From Octopus vulgaris (lineage: Eukaryota): a stretch of 64,000 nucleotides of DNA. Shown here piece by piece: positions 62,559 to 64,000 of the stretch. Positions within the stretch are counted from its first letter, which is position 1. Every line of letters begins with the position of its first letter. A model generated the notes under the pieces. The model was not told the DNA's origin. It ran no database searches and was given only the letters and a program-made list of their open reading frames with translations. The DNA lies in assembly GCA_951406725.2 (NCBI GenBank), contig OX597828.1:1488001-1552000 (forward strand), in the 5' to 3' direction. A program made the translations under genes and the position numbers.

Positions 62559-63178
62559 GCACACACACACACACACTATCCGATTACAAAAGTAGCAAAG
62601 AACATTCTGTAGAATTGCAGTTCAAAACCTTCTGGTATTGTGGCAAAAACAATTCTGTTTCCTCAGATGTTAAAAAAATTCCTCAAAAAGATGACAAAAA
62701 AAAAAACAAAAACAAACAAACCAAAAACTATTTTAAAGTTTAAAATTTTGAAGCAAAATTCAAAAAAAAAAAAAAATTTGGCTTTTGCTGTTTTATTAAT
62801 CATTTTTGTGTCGCACAAAATTTTGAGTATGTTTTACAAGATGCTCAGATTTGGATTTTTGAAAGGCTTAAGTGCCTGAAAATCCGCGGTGCACCTAGAT
62901 ATCTTTGTAGCTCACCTTTTCAGAACTATTATTCTAGAATATATAAAAATACTTAGGCATTCCATATTAAGAATCTGAATTTTTCCCCCCTTCTGAATAC
63001 AGTCGTTTTAATCGTTCATATTTTTTACTAATGGTACTTATTTTATCAGTTTGAATATCTTTATGGTATGTATTTTTAGGATCCTGGCTAAATGAGCAAT
63101 AAAGTTGATTTCAATGATTAGAATGCAAATATGAACTACATACGATGACGATGACAATGACATTAATAACCTCAAAAT

Positions 63179-63221
<43 letters not shown>

Positions 63222-63590
63222 TAATTATAATCAAAAGAAGAAGAAGAGCAACAATAAAAGATTCTATCATGAATCTGTCGAACGATTTTTACAGGCACAC
63301 ATAAGTATGCACACACATATATGTACAAGGATGTACATACAAACACGTTTGTGCATTTGTGGACAAGTAATCCGTTAAATAAATATGTATATTTAAATCT
63401 ACTTTCGATATATACCCAGTGCATTGCATGTAAAACACAATAATACACGTATTTTTATACAAACACATTCACTCATACGCGCATACATCCACACCTATAT
63501 TTAATAGTCAATCAACTCAAAATTGCACAATCATATTTATAAACACATATTATATATATATATATCCATATATACAAACACACAAATAAC

Positions 63591-63629
<39 letters not shown>

Positions 63630-63867
63630 TACACATATAAACACACTAATACACGCACACACTCTCACACACGCAAACACACACACACACATCTGCATAC
63701 ACAGTGTTATAACCTAGCATAATGTCTACATGATAATTACATTTTAGGTATTATAAGACAGTTTTAGATACCTGCATTTATTACTAACAGTCCACTCACA
63801 CTTCTTGGCTATATGTTCAATTAAGTTTTTGTATCGACATTATATGAAAGTTTTCTCTTTCTTCCAG

Positions 63868-63965
63868 TTCGGCGACGTCCTCGACCATCGATTGACGTAG
63901 TGTCTTTTATCAACTTGATGTCAGCGCCAGTACTCTTTAATATACTAGCCAATGCTGATATATAA
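63868..63965 (+). CDS. Possible terminal coding exon of a host gene
   Basis: Strong acceptor TTTTCTCTTTCTTCCAG, then a non-repetitive open frame RRRPRPSIDVVSFINLMSAPVLFNILANADI*; no recognisable homology. Confidence 0.25.
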
Positions 63966-64000
63966 TGAATTGCTAATCGGAGAGTAGCTATCTTTGATAG

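Overview
This is AT-rich, microsatellite-saturated animal DNA with no convincing host gene. The tRNA-derived SINE families and the (TA)n/(CA)n/(TAA)n/(TACA)n load suggest a cephalopod (octopus-like) genome, which is an inference. Almost everything is mobile-element debris: a mariner transposon, a Ty3/gypsy remnant, Neptune- and Naiad-type Penelope-like element (PLE) fragments, a cluster of R4/Dong-type REL retrotransposons in (TAA)n, Helitrons, a MITE and many SINEs. The notable signal is non-coding. About a dozen short, mostly (TA)n-embedded fold-back or tandem elements carry type I hammerhead ribozyme (HHR) folds, many with variant cores and palindromic stem III. The best example is a very young 485-nt non-coding monomer at 42659-43598 with an intact HHR. 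Downstream of the cleavage site it has a second conserved RNA structure that covaries with a divergent relative at 2780-3165. All folds were read by eye and none was computed.
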